Shown: positions 22,292 to 31,824 of the stretch, piece by piece | Layout of the letters: every line of letters starts with the position of its first letter | Position numbering within the stretch: position 1 is the stretch's first letter | Assembly (NCBI GenBank): GCA_963785725.1 | Contig: CAWAWS010000007.1 | Span: forward strand, 480,001 to 544,000 | Length of the DNA: 64,000 nt | Reading direction: 5' to 3' | Source: an uncultured delta proteobacterium | GTDB lineage: Bacteria; Myxococcota_A; Polyangia; Palsa-1104 | Program-made: the position numbers and the translations under genes | Notes under the pieces: generated by a model | Seen by the model: the letters and a program-made list of their open reading frames with translations, nothing else | What the model was told of the DNA's origin: nothing | The model's database searches: none

Positions 22292-23322
22292 TTCGCTTGC
22301 ATATCCGACGACGAGGGCGATTGCAATGGCGGGCGGCGCGCGACACAGGAGTCACCCGGCTCCAGCCACGCGATCTTGTCCTCGATCCGCCTCGCCGCGG
22401 CCAGCGAATTCAGCCACACCAGCGGCTCGGCCGGCGGCTCGTAGCCGAGCGCGAACGCGCCGTGGTGGATCGGCAGCATCAGCTGCGCGCCCAAGTCTTC
22501 GAGCGCATAGAGCGCGTCGAGCGGCGACAGATGATCGCGCCGGAGCGCCAGCGGACGATAGCCGCTGATCGGCAGCAGCGCCACGTCGGGACGAAAGCGC
22601 GCGCCGACCTCGAGGAAGCCGTCGAAGTAGCCGGTGTCGCCGGCGAAGTAGACGGTCGGGCCGTCGCCGCGCACGACGTAACCGAAGGCGCGCCCACCGC
22701 CGAACAGGCCGACGCGATGCTGCGCCGGCACCGCCGTGACCTCGAGCCCGGCGACGCGCGTGACGTCGCCGGCGCGCACTTCGACGATGTTGCCGAAGCC
22801 GAGCGCCGCCAGCGACTTCGCCGGTCCGCCCGCCGGCAGCAGCAGCGTCGCCGAGCGATCGATGCGCTCGAGCGACGGCCGATGCAGATGATCGGCGTGC
22901 GCATGCGACAATAGGACGCAGTCGACGCCTTCGAGCGCGCCCGGCGGCAGCTGCGCCGGCCGTAAACGCTTGAGCGAGTAGAGCGAGCGCGCCAGACAGG
23001 GATCGGTCACGACGCGCGCGTGCGCATAGCGAATGACCGTCGTCGCGTGGCCGATGAACGTCAGCGCGCACTCGTTGGCCGCCGGCAGCGGAATCGGCGG
23101 CGGCGGCTTGCGCGGCAACAGCGGCGGTCCGCCCATGGCCGGCGGCATGCGCGCGCGCAGCCACTGCAGAAGCCAGCTCGGCACGCCCGAATGCGCCACG
23201 CGCCGCCGGTGCGCGTCGTCGAGCTCGCGGACGCGCGCGCGAAAGTCGGCGGCGACGGCGGTGGACATCGACGGCGGCGGACGCAGCGGCACCGGGGGAC
23301 TTTGCCTGCGCCGCGTCGTCAC
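22288..23322 (-). CDS. MBL-fold metallo-hydrolase (NAPE-PLD/RomA-like)
   Basis: TFIGHAT, SHAHADH, YFAGDTGY, PIHHGAF. Confidence 0.88.
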   Translation of the reverse strand: MTTRRRQSPPVPLRPPPSMSTAVAADFRARVRELDDAHRRRVAHSGVPSWLLQWLRARMPPAMGGPPLLPRKPPPPIPLPAANECALTFIGHATTVIRYAHARVVTDPCLARSLYSLKRLRPAQLPPGALEGVDCVLLSHAHADHLHRPSLERIDRSATLLLPAGGPAKSLAALGFGNIVEVRAGDVTRVAGLEVTAVPAQHRVGLFGGGRAFGYVVRGDGPTVYFAGDTGYFDGFLEVGARFRPDVALLPISGYRPLALRRDHLSPLDALYALEDLGAQLMLPIHHGAFALGYEPPAEPLVWLNSLAAARRIEDKIAWLEPGDSCVARRPPLQSPSSSDMQAK

Positions 23323-23372
23323 TGCAAATACCTCTTTTGATCTCGACCCCTCGTTCGTGTTATCGACCCTCG

Positions 23373-24677
23373 ATGCCCACGGAGTCAGCGGCCAGCCGCG
23401 TCGTCATCCTCGGCGGTGGCCTGACCGGCATTTCGGCGGCCTACCACCTGCGTCGCCCGTGGCTGCTCTTGGAGAAAGAGGCGCGCCTCGGCGGTCACGC
23501 GCGCACCGACCAGACGCAAGGCTTCCACTTCGACAAGACCGGCCACTGGCTGCATCTGCGCGATCCCTATACGAAGCAGCTGGTGCAAGAGCTGTTGCCG
23601 GGCGAGCTCGTGCCGGTCGCGCGGAAGGCCCGCATTTTCTCGAACGGCGTGCTGACGCGCTTCCCGTTCCAGGCGAATCTCTACGGTTTACCGCCGGCGG
23701 TCGTGTCCGAGTGTCTGCTCGAGTTCATTCGCGCCGCCAACAATCCGAAGTCCAAAGAGCCGCCGCGTAACTTCGAAGACTTCTGCTTGAAGCAGTTCGG
23801 CGAAGGCATCTCGCGCCACTTCATGATTCCGTACAACCAGAAGCTGTGGGGCGTGCATCCGCGCGAGATCACGGCGGAGTGGTGCTCGCGCTTCGTCCCC
23901 ATTCCGAAGCTCGAGGACGTCGTGCGCGGCGCGGTCGGCGACGTGCCGCCCGAGCTCGGTTACAACGTCTCGTTTTTGTACCCGCGCACGGGCGGGATCG
24001 AGACGCTGACGCGCGCCTTCGTGGCGCGCATGACCGGCGGCGACGTGCATTTGTCGACGCCCATCGACGAAATCAACCTGAAGACGCGCACCGTCAAATA
24101 CGGCGACGAGACGGTCCCTTATCACGCGGTCATCGCGAGCATTCCGCTGCCGGAGCTGGTGGCGCGGGTGGTCGATTGTCCGCGGCATATCGAAGAGGCG
24201 GCCGCGAAACTTCGGTGTACCCCCGTTCGTTATCTAAACGTGGCCACCAAGTCGTCGCCCAACGCCGATTTTCATTGGATCTACGTCCCCGAAGAGAAAT
24301 ATCCGTTTTATCGCGTCGGGATTTATACGAATGCCGTGCCGGCGATGGCGCCGCCCGGTCGCGGCTCGCTTTATGTCGAGCTGTCCGATCGCGGGCCGAT
24401 GCCGCGCGTCGACGACATCATGCCCGACGTCGCGCAGGCGTTGGCCGCGGCCGGCGCCATCAACTCCGCCGACGACGTCCTGTTCGCGGAACTCAAAGAG
24501 CTGAAATACGCCTACGTCGTGTTCGACGATAATTATTATTCGGCAGTCGATACCATCATCAAATATTTCGAATCGAATGATGTTTTCCCGCGCGGACGAT
24601 ACGGCTCCTGGATTTACAACGCCATGGAGGACTCGATATTGGCCGGTCGCGAAATAGCGCTGAGGCTCAATTCGTGA
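23373..24677 (+). CDS. FAD-dependent oxidoreductase (protoporphyrinogen oxidase/UDP-galactopyranose mutase-like superfamily)
   Basis: GGGLTG, GGHART, PYNQKLWG, FLYP, GRYGSWIY..MEDS. Confidence 0.82.
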   Translation: MPTESAASRVVILGGGLTGISAAYHLRRPWLLLEKEARLGGHARTDQTQGFHFDKTGHWLHLRDPYTKQLVQELLPGELVPVARKARIFSNGVLTRFPFQANLYGLPPAVVSECLLEFIRAANNPKSKEPPRNFEDFCLKQFGEGISRHFMIPYNQKLWGVHPREITAEWCSRFVPIPKLEDVVRGAVGDVPPELGYNVSFLYPRTGGIETLTRAFVARMTGGDVHLSTPIDEINLKTRTVKYGDETVPYHAVIASIPLPELVARVVDCPRHIEEAAAKLRCTPVRYLNVATKSSPNADFHWIYVPEEKYPFYRVGIYTNAVPAMAPPGRGSLYVELSDRGPMPRVDDIMPDVAQALAAAGAINSADDVLFAELKELKYAYVVFDDNYYSAVDTIIKYFESNDVFPRGRYGSWIYNAMEDSILAGREIALRLNS

Positions 24678-25381
24678 ATCCGAATATCTCGATCGTCATT
24701 CCCGTTTATAACGAAGAAGGAATCCTGCACTCGTCGGTGGTCGATTTGCTGACCAGCCTCGACGAATTGAAGTGGGATTACGAGATCCTCTTGGCCGAGA
24801 ACGGCTCGAGCGATCGCACCGTCGCCATCGGCGAAGAGTTGTCGCGCAAATATCCGCGCGTGCAGATTCATTCGTTGGGCCAGCCCAACTATGGTCGCGC
24901 GTTGAAAGAGGGTATTTTGCGCGCCAAAGGCAAGTTCGTCATTTGCGACGAGATCGACCTTTGCGATACCGAGTTTCATCAGCGCGCATTGGCGATCTTG
25001 GAGGCCGATCGCGCCGATATGGTCGTCGGCTCGAAAGTGATGGAAGGCGCCGAAGATCGTCGCGGAATGCTGCGTCACGGCGCCACGTTGATCATCAACG
25101 GCATGCTGCGCGTGCTCGTCGGTTTTCACGGCACCGATACGCACGGATTGAAGGCATTTCGCCGCGATCGATTGCAATCGACGGTCGATAAATGCCTTTT
25201 GGAGCGCGATCTATTCGCGTCGGAATTGGTCATTCGCGCCGAGCGTGACGGCAAGCGCGTGCAGGAAATCCCGATCCACATCGTCGAGAAGCGGCCGCCG
25301 TCGATTAACTTGTTCAAGCGCGTGCCTAAAGTTTTGCGCGACATTACGCGGCTGACCTATATCATCCGCGTCAAAGGCTAG
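24674..25381 (+). CDS. GT2 glycosyltransferase (polyprenol-phosphate glycosyltransferase-like)
   Basis: ISIVIPVYNEE, ENGSSDRT, NYGRALKEG, TDTHGLKAFR. Confidence 0.9.
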   Translation: MNPNISIVIPVYNEEGILHSSVVDLLTSLDELKWDYEILLAENGSSDRTVAIGEELSRKYPRVQIHSLGQPNYGRALKEGILRAKGKFVICDEIDLCDTEFHQRALAILEADRADMVVGSKVMEGAEDRRGMLRHGATLIINGMLRVLVGFHGTDTHGLKAFRRDRLQSTVDKCLLERDLFASELVIRAERDGKRVQEIPIHIVEKRPPSINLFKRVPKVLRDITRLTYIIRVKG

Positions 25382-25540
25382 GGGGCGTCCCTAATTCCCG
25401 GACCGAGTCGAACCGCCGCGAGGAGCCCGAAATGCTAGGAACGATGAGGGAGCTGGCCCGTAGGCCAGCGACCGAAGAGTGACGACGCAGTTCGGGCCCG
25501 CAGCAGGTTCGCCGACGGGAGGGAATTAGGGACGCCCCCT
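25380..25540. mobile_element. MITE-like element with perfect 20-bp terminal inverted repeats
   Basis: AGGGGGCGTCCCTAATTCCC (25380-25399) and GGGAATTAGGGACGCCCCCT (25521-25540); no transposase inside; CTA at both boundaries. Confidence 0.75.
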
Positions 25541-25557
25541 CTAAAGGAGACGCCACA

Positions 25558-26142
25558 ATGAACACGAATAAGCTCGGTGCATTCGGGTTGGCGCTTTTGC
25601 TGGTGGGTGCGGGTGGTGCGGCGTTCGCGCAGAAGACGACGGGCGCCGACAAGAAGGAGAACAAGACCGAGCTCGGCTTGAAGGGCAAGAAGGTCGCCAA
25701 GTCCGACGTCGCGGCCAAGAGCGGCTCGAAGCTCAAGGGCGACGTCACCTTCTCCGACGACGGCAAGGGCGGAATCGTGTTCCGCATCGAGGTCAAAGAC
25801 GCGCCGCCGGGATTGCACGCCGTGCACATCCACGAGAAGGGCGACTGCAGCTCACCCGACGGCAAGTCGGCCGGCGATCACTGGAATCCGACGCACATGG
25901 AGCACGGCAAGTGGGGCGCGCCCGCCGACCACTTCCACTTGGGCGACATCGGCAACCTCGAGGTCAAGCCCGACGGCACCGGCACGCTGACGCTGGAGAC
26001 GACCAAGTGGACGGCCGGCGGTGGCGGCGTCAACGACGTCATCGGCCACGCCGTCGTCGTGCACGGCGGCGTCGACGACTTCAAGACGCAGCCCACCGGC
26101 AACGCCGGCCCGCGCATCGGCTGCGGCGTCATCGTCAAGTAA
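25558..26142 (+). CDS. sodC: Cu/Zn superoxide dismutase family protein
   Basis: Signal peptide, HAVHIHEKGDC, SAGDHWNP, HLGDIGN, GNAGPRIGCGVI; AAGGAG RBS. Confidence 0.94.
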   Translation: MNTNKLGAFGLALLLVGAGGAAFAQKTTGADKKENKTELGLKGKKVAKSDVAAKSGSKLKGDVTFSDDGKGGIVFRIEVKDAPPGLHAVHIHEKGDCSSPDGKSAGDHWNPTHMEHGKWGAPADHFHLGDIGNLEVKPDGTGTLTLETTKWTAGGGGVNDVIGHAVVVHGGVDDFKTQPTGNAGPRIGCGVIVK

Positions 26143-26193
26143 CACTTACGGCGGCGCGGCTCTCGGTTCGCGCTGTGCTATCGTAACGCCCGC

Positions 26194-27153
26194 TTGCGCA
26201 CCTGCTCCGTCAGCATCGACCTCGATCCCCTGAGCTGCTACTACGGCATCCACGGCCTGGGCGCGCCGCCGCGCGAGCTCGCCAACGTCGTCTTGCGCCG
26301 CGCGCTGCCGCGTTTCGCCGAGCTGTTCGCGCGCCGCAAGATCCACGCGACCTTTTTCGTCGTCGGCAGCGACGCCGCCAACGACGCCGCGGGCGCGAAA
26401 ATGCTCGGCCAATTGGCGCGCGACGGCCACGAGCTCGGCAATCACAGCCATACGCATCCGTACGATTTGGCGCGGCTGCATCGCGCGCAGATCGACGAGG
26501 AAGTCGGCAACGCGCACGAGGTCATCGGCCACATCGCCGGCAAAGCGCCGACCGGTTTTCGCGCGCCCGGCTACGATCTGTCGGCGAAGGTGCTGCAGGT
26601 CTTGGAGGCGCGCGGCTATCGCTACGACTCGTCGGTGTTTCCGTCGTGGCCGTATTACGTGGCGAAGGCGGGCGTCATGACGCTGATGTCGCTCGTCGGC
26701 CGCCGCTCGCGCTCGGTGCTCGGCGATCCGCGCGCGTTGGTAGCGCCGGTCGAGCCGTATCGGCCGGGCAATTCGCCGTTTTCGCGCGGCCAGTCGTCGC
26801 TCGTCGAGCTGCCGGTGTCGGTGACGCCCGGCCTGCGCTTGCCGGCGATCGGAAGCTGGGCGCCGTACGTCTCGCTGCTGCTGGCGCCGACGGCGGTGCG
26901 CGCGCGAATCCTGGAGTCGATGCGCGCGCGTCGCTTCTTCAACCTCGAGCTGCACGGCATCGATCTCATCGGCGCCGACGAGGACGGAATCCCGGCGCAG
27001 CTCGTCGCCAAGCAGCCCGATTTGCGCGCGTCGCTGACGCAGAAACAGCGCGCGCTCGAAGCCACGCTCGATCGCCTCGCGCTCGACGATTACCGCTTTC
27101 TGCCGCTCGCCGACGTCGCCGCCGAGGTCCAGCGCGAAGGCGTCGTCGGCTAG
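26194..27153 (+). CDS. Polysaccharide deacetylase family protein
   Basis: SIDLD, ATFFVVG, HELGNHSHTH, GFRAPGY, YDSS. Confidence 0.88.
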   Translation: MRTCSVSIDLDPLSCYYGIHGLGAPPRELANVVLRRALPRFAELFARRKIHATFFVVGSDAANDAAGAKMLGQLARDGHELGNHSHTHPYDLARLHRAQIDEEVGNAHEVIGHIAGKAPTGFRAPGYDLSAKVLQVLEARGYRYDSSVFPSWPYYVAKAGVMTLMSLVGRRSRSVLGDPRALVAPVEPYRPGNSPFSRGQSSLVELPVSVTPGLRLPAIGSWAPYVSLLLAPTAVRARILESMRARRFFNLELHGIDLIGADEDGIPAQLVAKQPDLRASLTQKQRALEATLDRLALDDYRFLPLADVAAEVQREGVVG

Positions 27154-27162
27154 GCGACGCGG

Positions 27163-28062
27163 ATGCCCGAGCTTCCCGAGGTCGAAGTCGCGCGCCGCAA
27201 TTTGGAGAAGTGGCTGCGCAAGCAGAAGCTGACGCATGTCGAGCTCTCGCCGCGCGTGTTCGAAGGCAACGCGCCGGCGTTCGCCAAGCAGCTCGTCGCG
27301 CATACGGTCGAGAAGGTCGAGCGGCGCGGCAAATGGCTGCGTCTGCAGTGCGATCACGGGCTCGTGCTGTTCTCGCATTTGGGCATGACGGGAAAGTGGG
27401 TGCTGCGCAAGCACGACGATCCGCCGCAGCCGTACGAACGCGCGCGGCTCGACAGCGCGCGGCGCTCGGTGCGCTATGTCGACCCGCGGCTGTTCGGCAC
27501 GCTCGTCGGCATGCGCGGCGACGACGCGCCGAACGCGTGGCGCGCGCTCGGACCCGACGCGCTCGTCGACGGCGTCGATGCCGCGCAGCTGCAAGCGAAG
27601 CTGGCCAGGCGCAAGAAGAGCATCAAAGAGGCGCTGCTCGATCAGACGGTGTTGGCGGGTGTCGGCAATATTCAGGCGGCGGAGGCATTGTGGCGCGCCA
27701 AGATCCATCCCGAGCGGCCGGCCGACTCGCTGACGAAGGCGGAGGTCGGCGCGCTCGCCGACGGCATCGTGGGCTCGATTCGCGACACGTTGGCGCGCGA
27801 AGACGGGCCGGAAATTACCTATGTCGAAGAGGCGGGCGCGGACAATCCGTTCGATGTCTACGGCAAGCAGGGCGAGGCGTGTCCGCGCTGTGGAACGACG
27901 CTCGTGCGCATCGTGCAGGGCGGTCGGTCGACGGTGTATTGTCCGACGTGCCAGAAGCTGAAGGCGGCGGTGCGCTCGGAGGAGACGTCGCGGCCGAAGG
28001 CGCCGCTCAGGTCGAATGGGGCGCGCGGGGCGAAGTTGGCGCGGAAGTCTCGCAAAGCGTAG
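27163..28062 (+). CDS. mutM: Fpg/Nei DNA glycosylase
   Basis: MPELPEVE, RRGKW, HLGMTG, LLDQ..LAGVGNI, CPRC...CPTCQ zinc finger. Confidence 0.94.
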   Translation: MPELPEVEVARRNLEKWLRKQKLTHVELSPRVFEGNAPAFAKQLVAHTVEKVERRGKWLRLQCDHGLVLFSHLGMTGKWVLRKHDDPPQPYERARLDSARRSVRYVDPRLFGTLVGMRGDDAPNAWRALGPDALVDGVDAAQLQAKLARRKKSIKEALLDQTVLAGVGNIQAAEALWRAKIHPERPADSLTKAEVGALADGIVGSIRDTLAREDGPEITYVEEAGADNPFDVYGKQGEACPRCGTTLVRIVQGGRSTVYCPTCQKLKAAVRSEETSRPKAPLRSNGARGAKLARKSRKA

Positions 28063-28156
28063 CCGGCGACGATCGATTCCGGAGGATGGTGGGCTCGGCG
28101 TAATTTCCCCCATCCGCCCTCCCTTTATCGCCATTTTCGAAAAGAAGTTGCGCGGC

Positions 28157-29083
28157 TCAGCTCGCTGCCACCGCCGCCGCCCGTCGCCGCGGCACTTCGC
28201 TGGCGGCCACGGCGAGCATGATGAGGCACGCGCCCGCGACGCCGCGTCCATTCGGCCACTCCGCCGATCCGGCGACCCCGACCGCGATCGCCGTCGCAAA
28301 CACCGGCTCGAGCGCAAACACGATCGCCGCATGCGTCGCGCTCATGCGCGCCATCGCCCACGTCTGCAGCGCGAACGTGACCACCGTGCACGCGATCGCC
28401 ATGTACACGAGCTCGCCCACCAGCCGCGTCGACCACACGAGCGGTCGCGCCTCCAGCTGCGCGAAGTCGGGCAGCCGCTCCGTCGCCGTCGTCGCGATCA
28501 ACAGCTTCGCCGCCCCCAACGCGACGACGAACGTCAACGCCGCGAAGGCGATCTGCACCGCCGTCAGCGCGCCCGCGTCATGCCCCCGCGAGCGCCGCGC
28601 GATCTGCACGATCGTGAACGCATAGATCGTCGCGCACCCAGCGGTGTACAGATCGCCCGCGTTCCAATGGCCGCCGCCGGTCGGATACGTCAGCAGCATG
28701 AGCCCGAGCGTCGCCAGCGCGATCCCGACGAGCTGCGGCAGTGACGGCCGCGTCCGATACATCGCCAGCGCCACCAGCGGCACGAGCGGCGTATTGAGCG
28801 ACGTGATGAACGCCGACTTCGACGCCGTCGTGTGCGCCTGCCCGATCACCTGCAGAATCAGCCCCAGCGAGTTCATGACGCCGAGCACCGCGCCGTCGAC
28901 AATCAGCCGCCGATCGCGCAGCCGCCGCAGATACGGCGGCACGAACACGAGCGCCGCCAAGCCGAAACGCAGGACCAAATAGAGCAGCGGCGGAGCATCG
29001 CGAACGATGTCCTTGGTGACGATGAACGTCGATCCCCACAGAATCGTCACGCCGACGAGGACGAGCTCGGGGCGCGGCTTCAT
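28157..29083 (-). CDS. DMT/EamA family transporter
   Basis: ILWGSTF, TTASKSAFITSL, ALEPVFA; multiple TM helices. Confidence 0.92.
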   Translation of the reverse strand: MKPRPELVLVGVTILWGSTFIVTKDIVRDAPPLLYLVLRFGLAALVFVPPYLRRLRDRRLIVDGAVLGVMNSLGLILQVIGQAHTTASKSAFITSLNTPLVPLVALAMYRTRPSLPQLVGIALATLGLMLLTYPTGGGHWNAGDLYTAGCATIYAFTIVQIARRSRGHDAGALTAVQIAFAALTFVVALGAAKLLIATTATERLPDFAQLEARPLVWSTRLVGELVYMAIACTVVTFALQTWAMARMSATHAAIVFALEPVFATAIAVGVAGSAEWPNGRGVAGACLIMLAVAASEVPRRRAAAVAAS

Positions 29084-29085
29084 CG

Positions 29086-29793
29086 TCAGGCGCGCTTGTT
29101 GACGGCCATGCGCGCCAGCTCGTCGGCGCGCTCGTTCTCGGGCACGCCGGCATGCCCCGCGACCTTGACCAGCCGAAGATCCTTGAATGGACGCGCCAGC
29201 TTACGCATACGCTCCACGATCTCTTGGTTCGCCTTCGCCTTCCAATTCTTGCCGAGGAGGCCGAGCGCGTACGACGAATCGGCGTGGATGACGACCGTTC
29301 GCTCCGCCGGCGTCTCCTCGAGGGCGCGCACAATCGCCATGAGCTCCGCGATGTTGTTGGTGCCGATGCCGAGATATTCGCTCAGCTCGCGGCGCTCTTT
29401 GCCGTCGATGATGACGACGCCGAGCCCGGCCGGGCCCGGATTTCCGGTGCACGCTCCGTCGGTATAAACGATGATGGCGTCCTTCGGCAACGGTCCGGCC
29501 GGCGCCGCCGCGGCTTTGCCGCCGGCCGATTTCCCCTTTGAACCGCTAGACTTACCCTTGGCGTCCTTGGCCTCTTTCGTCTCCGGCGCGCGCTCGCCGG
29601 CTTCGGCGGCGTCGTCGGCGATCGTCTTGGGATCGGGATCGGCGCTCAAATTTCGCGCGCCGGCGCGGTAAATCTTGCCGCCCGGCTTATAAACGATGTC
29701 GACGCGACCGTCGCTTTCGGCTACAGGCTCACCGGAAGCATCGACCCGCACGTAAACTCGCTCGCCACGGAGTAATCGTGATTGCCAGGACAC
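29086..29793 (-). CDS. rnhA: Ribonuclease HI with N-terminal extension
   Basis: YTDGACTGNPGPAG, TNNIAEL, GHAGVPENERADELA. Confidence 0.92.
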   Translation of the reverse strand: MSWQSRLLRGERVYVRVDASGEPVAESDGRVDIVYKPGGKIYRAGARNLSADPDPKTIADDAAEAGERAPETKEAKDAKGKSSGSKGKSAGGKAAAAPAGPLPKDAIIVYTDGACTGNPGPAGLGVVIIDGKERRELSEYLGIGTNNIAELMAIVRALEETPAERTVVIHADSSYALGLLGKNWKAKANQEIVERMRKLARPFKDLRLVKVAGHAGVPENERADELARMAVNKRA

Positions 29794-29832
29794 GGCGGGG
29801 GAACCTATCACAGCGTCGGACCGTATTCTTCC

Positions 29833-29861
29833 TTGACTATGTGTAAGTCAACCTCTATAAA
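29833..29861 (+). promoter_or_regulatory. Near-consensus sigma70 promoter overlapped by a palindrome
   Basis: TTGACT-N17-TATAAA; the -35 is the left arm of TTGACT-N7-AGTCAA (29833-29851). Confidence 0.7.
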
Positions 29862-29891
29862 CCCGGAATTCTATTGATGGGGGCCATCTCC

Positions 29892-30893
29892 ATGCGCGCG
29901 TCTCGACTGCTCCTTTTCGTCGCCTTCACTGCCTCGGCTTGCCACCGCAGCTCGGGCACGGGCGCGGCGAAAGAGGATCTTTCGCTGGTGCCTAAAGAGG
30001 CCGACATCATCCTCATGGCCAACGTGTCGCGCGTGCGCAACACGGCCATGTGGCGCAAAGTGCTGGAAGTTCGCGACGGCGACGCGCAGCAGAAGAAGGA
30101 CTACGCCGACTTCGTCGCCAAGTGCCAGCTCGATCCGTTCACGCAGATCGACTCCGTCTTCGTCGCGTTCCCGCAAGGTCGCGAGCAGAAGGAGTTCGCG
30201 GCCATTCTGCGCGGCACGTTCAACGAGGCCAAGCTGGTCGACTGCGCGCGCGAGCAGGCCAAGAAGGACGGCCGCGACGTCACGATCAGCGAATACGGCG
30301 GCAAGAAGCTCTACACCGACACGCAGAAGGGCGAGGCGTTCGCCACGTTCCTCGACAACAAGACGGCGGTCGTCGGCGGCAAAGAGTGGATCAAGAAGGT
30401 CGTCGATCTGGCCGCCGGCAAGGGCGAGAGCGCGAAGCAGAACCTCGAGCTGGCCGCGCTGCTGAAGCGCTCGAAGACGTCGGACGCCTTGTGGGGCGCC
30501 GGTGTCGTGCCGCAGTCGACGCGCGACAGCTTCAAGAACGATCCGCGCCTGTCGTCGGCGGGCTCGATGAAGGACATCTTCGGCAACGTCGACTTCGCGG
30601 GCGGCGTCTCGGCGGACCTCAACGTCGACACCGGCAGCGAAGCGGACGCGAAGGATCTGTCGGAGAAGGCCACGGCGCAGGTCGCGGACATTCGCAAGAG
30701 CCCGCAGTTCATGGTGATGGGCCTGGCGCAGTACCTCGACGGCGTGAAGATCGACAACAAGGGCGCGATGTTCCACCTGGCGCTCAACTATAATCAGCAG
30801 CAGGTCGAAGATCTGACGAACCGGATCAAAGGCCTGCTCAAGAGCTTTGGCGGCGCAATGGGTGGAGTGCCCGCGCCGTCTGCAACTCCGTAA
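29892..30893 (+). CDS. Hypothetical lipoprotein
   Basis: LLLFVAFTASAC lipobox-like start; strong host codon bias. Confidence 0.8.
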   Translation: MRASRLLLFVAFTASACHRSSGTGAAKEDLSLVPKEADIILMANVSRVRNTAMWRKVLEVRDGDAQQKKDYADFVAKCQLDPFTQIDSVFVAFPQGREQKEFAAILRGTFNEAKLVDCAREQAKKDGRDVTISEYGGKKLYTDTQKGEAFATFLDNKTAVVGGKEWIKKVVDLAAGKGESAKQNLELAALLKRSKTSDALWGAGVVPQSTRDSFKNDPRLSSAGSMKDIFGNVDFAGGVSADLNVDTGSEADAKDLSEKATAQVADIRKSPQFMVMGLAQYLDGVKIDNKGAMFHLALNYNQQQVEDLTNRIKGLLKSFGGAMGGVPAPSATP

Positions 30894-30938
30894 AGTTCCC
30901 CCGTAGCCACCGTAGAAGAAAAGTAGGAGCGAACGACC

Positions 30939-31295
30939 ATGGCCACGAAGAAATCACCTCTCGCCCGGCAGAAGGACGAGCACGAGAGCAAGGAGAAGCT
31001 GGTCGACCGCGTGATCTCCGTGCTGGGATCGATCGCGAAGTCGGACGAGGAGCAGGACACCTTGAAGGCGCGCTTGTTGGCGGCGTCGAACAAGAAGTTG
31101 CTGCGGCTCCACGACGTTGGCGCGGAGATCAAGTCGAAGTACGGCTCGATCGAGAAGCTGGCGGAGCAGCTGGGCACGTCGCTGGGCCGCGCGAAGGATG
31201 CGCCGTTCGTGACGAAGCTGAAGACGTACTCGCCGGCGCGCCTGCTCGACCTGGTGAAGACCGCCGAGAAGCGCGCCAAGACGAAGGCCGCGTAA
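30939..31295 (+). CDS. Small basic hypothetical protein
   Basis: AGGAG RBS; Lys-rich 118 aa with SNKKLLRL. Confidence 0.8.
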   Translation: MATKKSPLARQKDEHESKEKLVDRVISVLGSIAKSDEEQDTLKARLLAASNKKLLRLHDVGAEIKSKYGSIEKLAEQLGTSLGRAKDAPFVTKLKTYSPARLLDLVKTAEKRAKTKAA

Positions 31296-31398
31296 CCTTC
31301 CGAACTGCGTTTGTCGCGACCGCTCGGCTGGTACGGCGGGCGGCGCGAAGGCTCGTTCAACCCACATTCGAATGTAAACGCCGGCTGATTCAGCCGAC

Positions 31399-31510
31399 GT
31401 GACGGCCGTTCGCGGATGCCGTGACGGCTGTTGTGGCCGGGCGGACAGCCTGTGACGGCTGTTGTGGCCGTGCGGACAGCCTGTGACGGCTGTTCGCGGG
31501 TCCCGGTGAC
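31399..31510. repeat. Local tandem repeat, 31-bp unit
   Basis: GTGACGGCTGTTGTGGCCG(G/T)GCGGACAGCCT at 31421 and 31452, plus partial copies at 31399 and 31483. Confidence 0.85.
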
Positions 31511-31824
31511 GTGCCCGGGCCTGCCCGGATAGCCGGGACGCTGTTCGCGACGACTCGGTGCCGGCTTGCGTCGCGACTCGATCGGCGCTGGTGCGCGTAG
31601 GTTTGCGGGCGGCTTCGCCGCGGCGGGCGCGCGGTGCGCGCGCGCGGCGAAGCTCCGTCGAGCCTGCCATCGGCGGATCGAGCAACAGTATTCGAGGTTT
31701 ATAGCGGGCTTAGTCTCGCAGTGCCGACGTTCGCCCCCAAGTCCAAGCGCGACCGACGTTTATGCCGGCAGTGCGACGAGCGTCCGCTGCGGCTCGGACG
31801 CGGCCTGCTAGACTGCGACGGAAT

